Shown here: positions 8,948 to 17,803 of the stretch, piece by piece
Position numbering within the stretch: the stretch's first letter is position 1
How the letters are laid out: every line of letters starts with the position of its first letter
Source of the DNA: a virus
IMG/VR virus record: IMGVR_UViG_3300039216_000106
Span: 721-64,720 of that record
DNA: 64,000 nt
Direction: 5' to 3' (one strand)
Made by a program: the position numbers and the translations under genes
The notes under the pieces: model-generated
Database searches by the model: none
Seen by the model: only the letters and a program-made list of their open reading frames with translations
What the model was told of the DNA's origin: nothing

Positions 8948-9607
8948 GTGTCCGGTGGTATGGAGGATTTAGCCAACTATAACCGCCAGCAAATGGAGCG
9001 GAATTCCCGCAATTACCAAGAGCCGCGCATGGGCTTGGTCACGGCGTGGGACGGCAACGCCATCGCGGCCAAGGTCAAGATACAGCCTGAAGATTTTGAG
9101 AGTGGATGGCTTCCGGTCGGCGTCGATTGGATGGGCAACGGCTGGGGCTTTATCGCGCCGCTGGCCGAAGGCGATCAGGTGTTGGTCGTTTTCCAAGAGG
9201 GGGACCGCGATTCCGGCATTATCGTGAAGCGGATTTTCGACCAACGCAACCCGCCGCCCGGCGCGGCCGCGGGTGCAGAGTCCGGAGAACTTTGGCTGGT
9301 CCACAAATCCGGGTCCATGCTGAAACTCACCAACGACACCAATGTCACCATCATCAGCGCTGGCGACCTCGACGTAACGGTTAGCGGTGCCGTGAATTTG
9401 ACCGTTACCGGAGACGTTTCCGTTGCGGCTCAAGGTGATGTAAACGTGACGGCGCAGGGCGATGCGAATGTAACGGCGCAAGGCAATGCTGCGATCACGG
9501 GCGCGACGGTTCTGCTCGGTGGTGGCGGCAAGAAGGTGGTGCTTGACGGCGATTCTGTGGTTGCCGGTAAGGTGGTGGCGAGTTCAACCAAGGTAAAGGC
9601 GACGTGA
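8948..9607 (+). CDS. Baseplate assembly protein V / central spike
   Basis: GLVTAWDGN..KVKIQP....GWLPVG.....GWGFIAPLAEGDQVLVVFQEGDRDSGII is gpV-like. A C-terminal VTAQGD repeat suggests a beta-helix. Confidence 0.85.
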   Translation: MSGGMEDLANYNRQQMERNSRNYQEPRMGLVTAWDGNAIAAKVKIQPEDFESGWLPVGVDWMGNGWGFIAPLAEGDQVLVVFQEGDRDSGIIVKRIFDQRNPPPGAAAGAESGELWLVHKSGSMLKLTNDTNVTIISAGDLDVTVSGAVNLTVTGDVSVAAQGDVNVTAQGDANVTAQGNAAITGATVLLGGGGKKVVLDGDSVVAGKVVASSTKVKAT

Positions 9608-9969
9608 TGCCAGACCTCGACGCAACTTGGAGCCAAGACCTTTCCACCACGCCCAGCGGTGACCTTGCGCTGGTCGATGACATCGCCTTGACCGAGCAAC
9701 GCATCATCCGCCGCTTGCTCACCAACCCCGGCGATTATTTGTGGCACCCGGAATACGGCGCCGGACTTCCCCGTTACATCGGGCAGGCCGTGCCGCCAAG
9801 CACAATCGAAATGGCGGTTATGGCCCAAATTCTCCAGGAACAGACCGTGGCGCGCAGCCCGGCACCGAAGGTCACGGCCAGAATAGCGCCGGATCAGATC
9901 AGCTTGACCATCAATTACTGGTCCGCCACGTCCGGGGCGCCACAACTGCTTGAATTTGATGTCAGCTAA
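9604..9969 (+). CDS. Baseplate wedge protein W (GPW/gp25 family)
   Basis: 121 aa. GDLALVDDIALTEQRIIRRLLTNPGDYLWHPEYGAGL is typical of the gp25/gpW family. Confidence 0.75.
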   Translation: MMPDLDATWSQDLSTTPSGDLALVDDIALTEQRIIRRLLTNPGDYLWHPEYGAGLPRYIGQAVPPSTIEMAVMAQILQEQTVARSPAPKVTARIAPDQISLTINYWSATSGAPQLLEFDVS

Positions 9970-10011
9970 TGTGGATTTGTTGTAGGCTCGCGCCCAGAGG
10001 TTCGTAACGCA

Positions 10012-11154
10012 ATGCCAGCGCCCAACACATACAGCTTTTCGCAACTGGTTGGCCAATGGACCGCTGCGGCCCAGGCCAAGGCGTCGGCGCTGCTTGACTT
10101 CACGGTGGGCTCAACTCTCCTCGCATTGGCGGAAGCCTGTGCCGGCGTGGCGCTGTGGCTCCAAGCCCTTGTTCTGAACCTCCTTGCCGTGACCCGCGCC
10201 GCGACCAGCCAAGGCACCGACCTCGATTCCTGGATGGCCGATTTTGGCCTGACCCGCCTCCCCGCGGTAAAGTCCGTGGGCGCCCTCACCGCGGCTCGGC
10301 TCAATTCCAGCACACGCGCCGTGGTTCCAATCGGATTTCAGGCCGGAACCACGGACGGCACCCAGACCGTAACCGTGACGCTGGACACGAGCAACCCGCA
10401 CTATTCGGCCCCGGATAACGGCTATGTCCTGCCGATCAGCACGGCTTCGATCAGCGTGCCGGCGCAGAACACGACAGGCGGTGCGGTCGGAAACGTCCAG
10501 GCTAACACCGTTACGGTGATGCTGTCCTCGATTTCTGGCGTGGACACCATCAATAATCCGGCTGCGTTTACCGGTGGTCTCGACGCTGAAAGCGCTCCGG
10601 CGTTCCGCGTCCGGTTTGTGCTCTACCTGCAAAGCCTGAACACGGCCAACGTCGCCGCGGTCGAATATGCTATTACATCGGTTCAGCAAGAAATCCGATA
10701 TGTGATTGTGGAAGACCTAACCTATCCGGCTTTGGTGGCCCGCGCCAATTACTTCTTCGTCGTGATTGATGACGGCAGCGGACATCCATCGCAAGGCTTG
10801 ATCGATGCCGTGACCGCGGCGATTACGATCATTCGCGGCTGTGGCGTGCAGTTTGGCGTGTTTGGCCCTACCGTGGTCACGGCAAATCTCGCCATGACGA
10901 TCAAGGTCGCTTCGGGCTATGATGCCACGACGGTGCAGACCAATGTTGAGACGGCGCTATCCTCCTATACCCAGGCGCTGCAACTTGGTTCTACCCAACT
11001 TGCCATTACCCGCCTGATTTCGGCCGCGAACGCGGTAGCCGGATGCGAATACGTGGTGGACAACACGACCACGATTAACGGCGTCAATTCCGATCTTGCT
11101 CTAACCACGTTCAACCGGGTGCTGCCCGGAACCATTACGGTGACGCCAACATGA
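10012..11154 (+). CDS. Baseplate J-like protein
   Basis: 380 aa. The Baseplate_J-like N-terminus includes FTVGSTLLALAEACAGVALWLQ..VTRAATSQGTDLDSW. Position follows W. Confidence 0.85.
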   Translation: MPAPNTYSFSQLVGQWTAAAQAKASALLDFTVGSTLLALAEACAGVALWLQALVLNLLAVTRAATSQGTDLDSWMADFGLTRLPAVKSVGALTAARLNSSTRAVVPIGFQAGTTDGTQTVTVTLDTSNPHYSAPDNGYVLPISTASISVPAQNTTGGAVGNVQANTVTVMLSSISGVDTINNPAAFTGGLDAESAPAFRVRFVLYLQSLNTANVAAVEYAITSVQQEIRYVIVEDLTYPALVARANYFFVVIDDGSGHPSQGLIDAVTAAITIIRGCGVQFGVFGPTVVTANLAMTIKVASGYDATTVQTNVETALSSYTQALQLGSTQLAITRLISAANAVAGCEYVVDNTTTINGVNSDLALTTFNRVLPGTITVTPT

Positions 11155-11831
11155 GCACGGGCGACACCAATGACATCCTGGCACGGCTCCAAACCCTGAT
11201 ACCGCAGGCTTGGTTTGAAAGCGCGCCGCCGATCTTGCAAGGCGTGCTCACCGGTAGCGCCGCGATCGACGCCAATATCTACGCGCTGGTCGCTTATGCC
11301 AAGCTACAGACCCGCATTAGAACCGCAACAGGCGGCTGGCTGGATCTGATCGCGCTCGATTTCTACGGCAACGCACTGCCGCGCCAGACTGGCGAAAGCG
11401 ATACGAACTACCGCACCCGCATCTTGGCCGGGCTGTTCTCGAAAGCCAACACCCGCGCCGTGATTTCGGCAGCGCTTGCCGATCTTCTCGGTTCTGTCCC
11501 GGTCATCATAGAATCGTGGTCCTTACTGGATACGGGTATGTGGGACGGCACCACGGGACAAGTATTTAGCTTCTGGGGTGTGAACCGACCATCCAACCCG
11601 TTCGTCTGGACAAATCCCGGAAGCTTTTTCGTTAAGATCACGCTACCGACCGGATCGCCCTACACAAACGAGCAACTGGCAGAACTCGCGACTTCGATTG
11701 TGGCGCGGCTCAAGGTGTGTGGTATCACCGCCTTTATGCAGGTAATATCCGGCACGGAAATAGGCGGTCCATTTAGCTGGGACGTGACATCGCAACACTG
11801 GGATAGCACTTTGACTTGGGACGCGCACTGA
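11151..11831 (+). CDS. Baseplate/tail protein (P2 gpI / Mu gp48, DUF2313-like)
   Basis: 226 aa with ATGA overlap with J. Contains LQTLIPQAWF...GGWLDLIALDFYG..LPRQTGESDTNYRTRI. Confidence 0.6.
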   Translation: MSTGDTNDILARLQTLIPQAWFESAPPILQGVLTGSAAIDANIYALVAYAKLQTRIRTATGGWLDLIALDFYGNALPRQTGESDTNYRTRILAGLFSKANTRAVISAALADLLGSVPVIIESWSLLDTGMWDGTTGQVFSFWGVNRPSNPFVWTNPGSFFVKITLPTGSPYTNEQLAELATSIVARLKVCGITAFMQVISGTEIGGPFSWDVTSQHWDSTLTWDAH

Positions 11832-13468
11832 TGACCGACAGGCCCATAGTTTACACTGGCGAACAGGCCCGCGACTACGATTTCCTCAGCTTGGCGCGCG
11901 ACACGCTGATCGGGCTTGGCCTGATGACCAACGACTTTTTGGGCACGGGCGCAACCGTTGTGTTTGGCCTCGCCGCGACGCCGGACGCGCCGGCCGATCT
12001 CAAAGTGAACATCGCGGCCGGCCGCATCTACAAGGTGACCCAGGTTGACGCTACGCAATACGGCGTATTGGGCCAAGATACCGACCTGATCGATCAACAA
12101 GGCATCGCAGCGGCGCAGCAATTGACGCTGACCACGGCGGGGCTTTCGTCTGGCCAGTCGCAATGGGTTCTGATCCAGGCCACATTCACGCAATCCGACA
12201 ACGTGCCCAGCGACGATCCCGAAGGCGGCATCCTCAATTTCTGGAACGTTGACAACGCGAACGTGCCGCTGCTCGGGCCGGGTGGAACCGGAACGGCACT
12301 CCCGACACGGCGCAGCGCAGTTTGTACGCTTCAAGCCGTCTACGGCGTTGCCGCCACGACCGGCGCCGAGGTGCCGCCGTCGCCGACCTCCGGCTATGTC
12401 CCGCTCTACCTGATCGATCTTGCCTACGGCCAGACCCAAATCACGGCACCGGAAATTGTTGTCGCTGGACCCTCTGTCGGCACCAATGTGCCGTCGAACT
12501 ATCCCGCCGCGCCGTTCCTGGCCGGGCTCTTGGCATCGCATCATGGCGGCGTGCCGGGGCAGGCTCCACAGATCAATCTCGCGTCTGAGGTGCAAGGATT
12601 ACTTCCGTTCTCGTATTTGCCGTTGCTTTCTGCGATGCCTTCTGGTCAAGGCATTTTGCCGTTCGTAAATCTTCCGAGCATCAGTTCTTACCTCGATTAT
12701 GCTGGGAATACCGCTGGCGATATTCCATATCGCGCATCTGGTGGCTGGACCGTTCTGGCGCCTGCGGCGGATGGAACTGTACTGCAGCTCAGCGGCGGCG
12801 TTCCGATATGGGGCAGTAGCGCTCCAAACGCAAACAAGCTGACTACGGCAAGAACCATTGGCATCTCTGGCGACCTGACATGGTCTGTCAGTTTCGACGG
12901 TTCAGGAAATGTCAGCGCCACAGGCACGTTGGCCACCGTCAACTCATCGCCTGGCGCCACTGGTGACGCCACTCACGTCTCTGCTGTTACCACAAACGCC
13001 AAAGGGCTGGTGACCAGCAACACATCCGTTGCCATCCAGTCTGGCACCGTTTCTCAGCTTGGTCTCGTTCAACTCGTAAGCACTTCGGTTGATACCACTC
13101 TTGCCGACGCCACGAAGGCGTTAACCGCGGCCGCCCTCGGGACGCTAATGCCGAGGACGGCAAACAGCATTGTTCTTCCCGGTAACATAAAATTTCAGTT
13201 CGGGTTGAAACCCGTTACGGTGGCTGGTGAAGCGTTTGGTTCTGATACTGTCACACTGCCTAGTTCTTTCGCGACTTCTACATATTTTGTTTCTGCCACG
13301 ACGGACACCAACGCCGGAGGGAATCCAGCAAATTCAGGTGGCAACTACACCGCAATCGTTTACGGAAAATCCGCGAGTGGATTTTCGATCAGAATCGATA
13401 ACGAAAGCGGTGCCAGCGAGAGCCGAACTATCTTCGTGAACTGGATTGCAATCGGGATTGGGCCGTAA
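11831..13468 (+). CDS. Tail fibre protein
   Basis: 545 aa with TGATG overlap with the upstream gene. Position follows J/I. Gly/Thr/Ser-rich with a beta-rich C-terminus. Confidence 0.7.
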   Translation: MTDRPIVYTGEQARDYDFLSLARDTLIGLGLMTNDFLGTGATVVFGLAATPDAPADLKVNIAAGRIYKVTQVDATQYGVLGQDTDLIDQQGIAAAQQLTLTTAGLSSGQSQWVLIQATFTQSDNVPSDDPEGGILNFWNVDNANVPLLGPGGTGTALPTRRSAVCTLQAVYGVAATTGAEVPPSPTSGYVPLYLIDLAYGQTQITAPEIVVAGPSVGTNVPSNYPAAPFLAGLLASHHGGVPGQAPQINLASEVQGLLPFSYLPLLSAMPSGQGILPFVNLPSISSYLDYAGNTAGDIPYRASGGWTVLAPAADGTVLQLSGGVPIWGSSAPNANKLTTARTIGISGDLTWSVSFDGSGNVSATGTLATVNSSPGATGDATHVSAVTTNAKGLVTSNTSVAIQSGTVSQLGLVQLVSTSVDTTLADATKALTAAALGTLMPRTANSIVLPGNIKFQFGLKPVTVAGEAFGSDTVTLPSSFATSTYFVSATTDTNAGGNPANSGGNYTAIVYGKSASGFSIRIDNESGASESRTIFVNWIAIGIGP

Positions 13469-13473
13469 CCGCC

Positions 13474-13911
13474 ATGGCAAGCACAATCGACCGCAACGTC
13501 CCCGCTAACAACGCAGCCGTGCTTTCGCCTGCGGTGCGAAACAATTTTGGCGCCGCTGCAAACGATATTGAGGCGCTGCAGAAAGGCACGCCGACCGGAA
13601 ACGCGCCGTCGTCTCCGCTTACTGCGCCAGCGACTTTGACCGCCAATGACTTCGAAATCCCCTGCAACACGGCGTCGGCCGGATTTCGGCTGACCATACC
13701 GCTCAACCTCGGCACCGCGACAAAGCCGAAGTGGTTTTTCATCTTCAAGACTAGCACGGACAAAACAAATTCGGTCAGCATTTCGACGGATGGCGCGACC
13801 GATCTTCTGTTTTTGACAAGCCCCGTGTTTACCGCAACCGGCGAGTATCGCGGCGGCGGCCTTTGGGTTCGTGTCGATGGGACGCGGCTGTCCGCGTTTG
13901 GTGTGTCATGA
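13474..13911 (+). CDS. Hypothetical protein, fibre-associated by position
   Basis: 145 aa. The N-terminus (VRNNFGAAANDIEALQ) resembles fibre N-terminal motifs. Located between the fibre and the lysis genes. Confidence 0.45.
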   Translation: MASTIDRNVPANNAAVLSPAVRNNFGAAANDIEALQKGTPTGNAPSSPLTAPATLTANDFEIPCNTASAGFRLTIPLNLGTATKPKWFFIFKTSTDKTNSVSISTDGATDLLFLTSPVFTATGEYRGGGLWVRVDGTRLSAFGVS

Positions 13912-14456
13912 TCGATTGGGGATTTATCACGGAATTGGAAGGCCGCAGCCTCACCGGATACTGGCCGAAAGGATTCCAGGCGTCCGGCGTTACCGTGGCG
14001 GGCGGTGTTGACCTTGCCTATCTGTCGCCCGCGGAACTGGCCGCGCTGCCGCCCGATCTTCAAGCCAAGCTCAAGCCCTACCTTGGCGTCCGCGGCGACC
14101 GTGCCCAGCACTTGCTCAGCGGCCAGCCTTTGGTCCTGACCGCGGCCGAAGCCGACGCGCTGGAGGGTCCAAAGCGCAAGAGCATCATCACCTCCTTAAT
14201 TCTTCACTATTTCCAAGCCACAGGAACGCCGTTCAACAACCTTCCCGACGCGGCCCAAACCGTTTTGGCATCCGTGGCCTGGCAGTACGGCAGGCCGGAA
14301 GTGCGCTGCCCGGCCTTTTGGAAAGCGGCTTGCGCCCAAGACTGGCACGCCGTAATCCTTCAGCTATGTGATTTTGGTGATGCGTTTCACACGCGGCGCT
14401 GCCGTGAGGCCGACTATCTCGAAACCAACATTGTAACGCAAGAGGTAACGAAATGA
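13908..14456 (+). CDS. Endolysin candidate (pesticin-type / lysozyme-like muramidase)
   Basis: ATGA overlap at its start. ITELEGRSLTGYWP...SGVTVAGGVDLAY resembles the lysozyme-like pesticin C-terminal domain. Sits directly upstream of the holin and spanin candidates. Confidence 0.55.
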   Translation: MIDWGFITELEGRSLTGYWPKGFQASGVTVAGGVDLAYLSPAELAALPPDLQAKLKPYLGVRGDRAQHLLSGQPLVLTAAEADALEGPKRKSIITSLILHYFQATGTPFNNLPDAAQTVLASVAWQYGRPEVRCPAFWKAACAQDWHAVILQLCDFGDAFHTRRCREADYLETNIVTQEVTK

Positions 14457-14641
14457 GTATCATTCAAAACTTGACCGCAGAAAAGCAGAAGATCGTCGCC
14501 GACGCGCTGAAAATCTACACCACGGCCGATGATGACGTGAAGGCTGCGATTGCCAAAGGCACATCGTGGGCGGCGCGGAACATGTGGTACGTGGTGCTTG
14601 GCACTGCGGTGGTTTTCTTCGTGATTGGGCTAATTGCCTGA
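14453..14641 (+). CDS. Holin candidate (small protein with one TM helix)
   Basis: 62 aa with C-terminal TM helix WYVVLGTAVVFFVIGLIA. ATGA overlap with the endolysin gene. Confidence 0.5.
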   Translation: MSIIQNLTAEKQKIVADALKIYTTADDDVKAAIAKGTSWAARNMWYVVLGTAVVFFVIGLIA

Positions 14642-14649
14642 GGTAAGCC

Positions 14650-14997
14650 ATGAGTGAAGGCGGTATCGGCAGTATCGTGTCTAAAGCCCAAGAGTTTGTG
14701 ACCGCTCTGGCGAGCGCGCCACAGCCGGAAGAAACGCGGTTTGTCCGCAACGCGCGACCGTTTGCGATCTATTTGGGTATGGTTGCGCTAACCGCAATGG
14801 GAATTTTGGCCGTCTACCTCAAGGATATTGGATCGTCGCTTGCCGTAGTTGCTGCTATCGGTGGTGTTTTACAGCAATTTGGTGCCCAGCGCAGCGCTGA
14901 TGCAAGGGCAAAAATTGCAGCCGCAACCGAGGACAAGAAGACGATCACGGGCGCTGCGACGGCTGACAAGCAGATAGCCGCAGGAGGGCAACCGTAA
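14650..14997 (+). CDS. Membrane protein (holin/antiholin candidate)
   Basis: 115 aa with two hydrophobic helices (FAIYLGMVALTAMGILAVYL, LAVVAAIGGVL). Located in the lysis cluster. Confidence 0.45.
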   Translation: MSEGGIGSIVSKAQEFVTALASAPQPEETRFVRNARPFAIYLGMVALTAMGILAVYLKDIGSSLAVVAAIGGVLQQFGAQRSADARAKIAAATEDKKTITGAATADKQIAAGGQP

Positions 14998-15437
14998 TGT
15001 GGGCAACCATAGCCTCGTGGGCAGCAAACAAGCTCCTAGTAGCCGTCGTGGCTGTTCTGGCGCTCTGTGGCGTCATCTTCACGCCCGTTGCCATCTATCA
15101 GGCATTCGAAATCAACGGATATCAGATCCTTTGGTGGGGCGCGCCTGGCCTCAAGGCCAAGCTGAAGACGGCGACGGACAGTCTTGGACAGTGTCACGGA
15201 AACGTCAGCGGCCTCGAAACCGCAGTGGCGAACCAAAACACCAAAATCCTCGCCCTCGGCAAGCAGGGCGATGCGCTACGGGCATCCCTGGTCGCCGCCA
15301 TAGCCAAGAACCAGACCGAAAGAGAGGCGCTACTGGCCCGCTTGGCGGTTCTGGCGGCGGCCAAACCAGCCGGCAAGACTGAGTGCGAGCGGGCCGTATC
15401 CGCCCGTGCGCAGATCATAGAGGACCGCAGTCGATGA
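14997..15437 (+). CDS. i-spanin candidate (Rz-like)
   Basis: 146 aa with an N-terminal TM helix followed by coiled-coil sequence. TAATG coupling to the upstream gene. Confidence 0.55.
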   Translation: MWATIASWAANKLLVAVVAVLALCGVIFTPVAIYQAFEINGYQILWWGAPGLKAKLKTATDSLGQCHGNVSGLETAVANQNTKILALGKQGDALRASLVAAIAKNQTEREALLARLAVLAAAKPAGKTECERAVSARAQIIEDRSR

Positions 15438-15739
15438 AACGATACCTCGCCATGTCCGCGCTTGCCGTATTGCTTTCCGCGTGCGCCGATAAGCCATCCG
15501 AGCCCGTCGTCAACACCGTGACGGCCGACGTTCCGACGCCAGTATCTTGCGTCCCTGACACCGTGACCTCGGCGCCGAACTACCCCGACACGCTGGACGC
15601 GCTCAAATCCGCGGCCGAACTGGCAGACTTCGAAAAGCTATTGGACTCCGGGGCGCGGTTGCGCGCTAAGCGGCTTGACCTTCTCGAAACCGTCGTCGCC
15701 AAGTGTCGCGATGTCAAACCTACCGCAGTGGCGAAATGA
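15434..15739 (+). CDS. o-spanin candidate (Rz1-like lipoprotein)
   Basis: MKRYLAMSALAVLLSAC carries a lipobox (LSAC). ATGA overlap with the i-spanin candidate. Pro-rich mature part. Confidence 0.6.
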   Translation: MKRYLAMSALAVLLSACADKPSEPVVNTVTADVPTPVSCVPDTVTSAPNYPDTLDALKSAAELADFEKLLDSGARLRAKRLDLLETVVAKCRDVKPTAVAK

Positions 15740-16170
15740 CCGAATCCGAAAACTCAAATCTTCGTCGCATCGAAAGCAGCCTGCGTGAGGTTCTATCGGG
15801 CAATGGCGCGATCCTTGCCGAGATGCAAGGGTTCCGCCGAGAGATTGACGAAGAAAAGACCATCCGCAAAGATCACTCGGAACACAACCGGGCGGATTTT
15901 CAGAGAATCCTGGATCTATTCGATGCCGAGCGCAACGCGAATGATAAGCGGTTCGATGACCAGACAAAAGACCGTCAGATGCATCTTGGCGAGCAAGACG
16001 TGAAGATAGACGCGATCAAGGCCAATGTTTCGAAATTGAGCGGCGATATTTCCACGGCGAAAGGCGCGGGATGGGCCGTTGTTGGATTACTCGGCTCCGG
16101 TTTCTTGTTTGTTGTGGGGACCATCGTTGAATATCTGCGTGGCGCCATTCACATAAAATTTGGCGGATAG
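15736..16170 (+). CDS. Coiled-coil protein with C-terminal TM anchor (unknown function)
   Basis: 144 aa with ATGA overlap. The C-terminus is GAGWAVVGLLGSGFLFVVGTIV. Confidence 0.5.
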   Translation: MTESENSNLRRIESSLREVLSGNGAILAEMQGFRREIDEEKTIRKDHSEHNRADFQRILDLFDAERNANDKRFDDQTKDRQMHLGEQDVKIDAIKANVSKLSGDISTAKGAGWAVVGLLGSGFLFVVGTIVEYLRGAIHIKFGG

Positions 16171-16205
16171 CCCCTGCGGCTGTCACCGTGTCGGCCCTTT
16201 GCGTC

Positions 16206-16664
16206 TCAGCCATTGCTCTTGTCCTCCAGCGCCGGAACGAGACCGGATTGCATGAGGTGTTCGACCACGGGGCGGCCGTCGCTCGCCAGCATGTAAGGTA
16301 AAAACACCGCGTTGAACGACAGCATCCCGGTTTCGACGGCGGTAATCTGGCCTTTGACCCAATCGCGAAGGATTGAGTTCACGGCGATCAGCCCTTGCGC
16401 AAGGGCTTTGCGTTCGTCCTCGCGCACTTTCTGCGGGCCGCGATGGTTTTTGTACTTCTGCGCTTTGAGGTACATCGCGGCCCAGCCCTGCGCCGACGCC
16501 CGCAATTGGACCGGCCGGCCGTGGTGTTTGAACGCCAGGATCACGGCGCCATTTTCAAAGTCATCCATGAAGCCAACGGATTCACACCCGAAGACCCGCA
16601 GCATCTTCACGACTTCGTCGCGGGCCTTGGCGCCGCTTGTGGCGGTGGCGTAGGGGATGCTCAT
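16206..16664 (-). CDS. Hypothetical protein co-transcribed with the XRE regulator
   Basis: 152 aa. Its start lies 2 nt after the XRE stop. Confidence 0.5.
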   Translation of the reverse strand: MSIPYATATSGAKARDEVVKMLRVFGCESVGFMDDFENGAVILAFKHHGRPVQLRASAQGWAAMYLKAQKYKNHRGPQKVREDERKALAQGLIAVNSILRDWVKGQITAVETGMLSFNAVFLPYMLASDGRPVVEHLMQSGLVPALEDKSNG

Positions 16665-16666
16665 GG

Positions 16667-17074
16667 TCAATCCTTGCCAGCGAGCTGGCACGCGAGGTCA
16701 AGAACGGCTTTGCGCTGGCCTGTTGAGATGACACTGAATGCCACCAGAAGGTTTAGCGCGCCCGGTTCGTTGAGTGCTTTAAGGGCATCCATAGCGACGG
16801 GCTTGCCGGACTGATCGTTGTCGAGGTCACTGATAAGCGACGACACTGAGCATTGCAGCGTGGCCGCAATCTGAACGAGCCGTGAAAAGCTCACGCGGTT
16901 CGCGCCATGCTCGTATTTTTGCACCTGTTGAAACGTGATGTCACCGCAGAGTTTTCCGAGGTCTTCTTGCGACAGACCAAGTTCCTTGCGGCGCAACCTG
17001 ATCCGCGCGCCCAGCGCAACATCAAGCGGGTGTGGACCATTTTCCTTCGCGGTGATACGTGTTCTTGCAGCCAT
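16667..17074 (-). CDS. XRE-family HTH transcriptional regulator (repressor candidate)
   Basis: ALGARIRLRRKELGLSQEDLGKLCGDITFQQVQKYEHGANRVSFSRLVQIA is a classic HTH_3 pattern. AGGAGGG RBS lies 7 nt upstream of the ATG at 17074. Confidence 0.8.
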   Translation of the reverse strand: MAARTRITAKENGPHPLDVALGARIRLRRKELGLSQEDLGKLCGDITFQQVQKYEHGANRVSFSRLVQIAATLQCSVSSLISDLDNDQSGKPVAMDALKALNEPGALNLLVAFSVISTGQRKAVLDLACQLAGKD

Positions 17075-17110
17075 CGAATTGCCCTCCTGTGGCAAATCTT
17101 GGTTAGGGGC

Positions 17111-17133
17111 GGCCAGCGTTTCCGGCGCTGGCC
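17111..17133 (-). promoter_or_regulatory. 8-bp GC stem-loop (GGCCAGCG-N7-CGCTGGCC) in the 5' leader of the XRE gene
   Basis: Perfect inverted repeat at 17111-17118 and 17126-17133. No U-tract follows, so it is not a classic terminator. Confidence 0.3.
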
Positions 17134-17141
17134 TACCCCGT

Positions 17142-17169
17142 ATATTCTACCAAATCGCGAGCGCGTCAA
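17142..17169 (-). promoter_or_regulatory. Sigma70-like promoter candidate for the XRE gene (TTGACG-N16-GAATAT)
   Basis: The minus strand reads cTTGACGcgctcgcgatttggtaGAATATa, about 70 nt upstream of the ATG. Confidence 0.4.
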
Positions 17170-17174
17170 GTGTG

Positions 17175-17618
17175 CTATTTGGATTTCCGAAACGGCCGCG
17201 ACCCCTTCGGTGGCCACTTCCGGGCCTGGATTTTGGCTTTGCTGTTGGGAAATTTGCAGATGCGGGCAGTTCCGGCGCGCTTTTTGTCCCGGTGGCGCTC
17301 TTTTTTGATGGCGCCGATGTCTGATCCCGCGACAGTGGCACCGGTCCCGTGCGTCCGGCGGTGGTGCTCGGCATCGCAGATTGCGTCCAGATGCTCTACG
17401 GAGTGCTGCGGCGGGGTGTAATCCGAGCCGTCCGGAAGCACGTCACGAAGGCGCAAAGGAGGCCGGTGGTCGTATTTGGTTCCAGAGTGTGGATTTACTG
17501 AAACCCACATCCCACACCCACATTTGCAGAAATTGCCCTGCCGGGCGCAGACCGCGCGTTTCACGGCAACGGGGATTGCGCGTCGGCGCGGCCGATCAGT
17601 CATACCCGATCCTCGCAA
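17175..17618 (-). CDS. HNH endonuclease-like protein
   Basis: Contains CKCGCG...YDHRPPLRLR...EHLDAICDAEHHRRTH (Cys/His HNH-type motifs). Start codon uncertain. Confidence 0.55.
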   Translation of the reverse strand: MRGSGMTDRPRRRAIPVAVKRAVCARQGNFCKCGCGMWVSVNPHSGTKYDHRPPLRLRDVLPDGSDYTPPQHSVEHLDAICDAEHHRRTHGTGATVAGSDIGAIKKERHRDKKRAGTARICKFPNSKAKIQARKWPPKGSRPFRKSK

Positions 17619-17803
17619 AGCGACCCGCGCTCAGGTTCCAACCGGCCGCCGCACGCCGGGCAGCCGTCATCGCTCGTTTCCTTCGGCGCCGCGAACAGGT
17701 CAGACCGTGGCTTTGTCGCGCGGCCGCGCTCATAGTCCAGGCTGGCCGCGTGCCATTTCCGGCCACAGGATGCGTTCTGGCAGCGGAAAAAATCCGAACT
17801 CAT
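17600..17803 (-). CDS. Small zinc-ribbon protein
   Basis: 67 aa with CxxxxC...CPAC. ATGA overlap with the upstream exonuclease stop. Confidence 0.45.
   Translation of the reverse strand: MSSDFFRCQNASCGRKWHAASLDYERGRATKPRSDLFAAPKETSDDGCPACGGRLEPERGSLCEDRV

Noticed and set aside
9410-9500. 18-bp periodic repeat (gtgacggcgcagggcgat...) in the gpV gene
   Set aside because: It encodes the VTAQGD hexapeptide beta-helix common in spike proteins. This is an ordinary structural repeat, not a separate element.
11660-12595. Long antisense ORFs across structural genes (for example 11660-12595, 13428-14111, 40526-41137, 46743-47408, 60727-61578 and 63269-63910)
   Set aside because: These are typical high-GC shadow ORFs. 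They are Arg/Gly/His-rich, lack RBS and coupling, and fully overlap genes that have strong positional or motif support on the other strand.
11831-13468. Diversity-generating retroelement acting on the fibre genes
   Set aside because: No reverse-transcriptase-like ORF occurs anywhere in the window. I found no template/variable repeat pair near either fibre gene (11831 or 53018).
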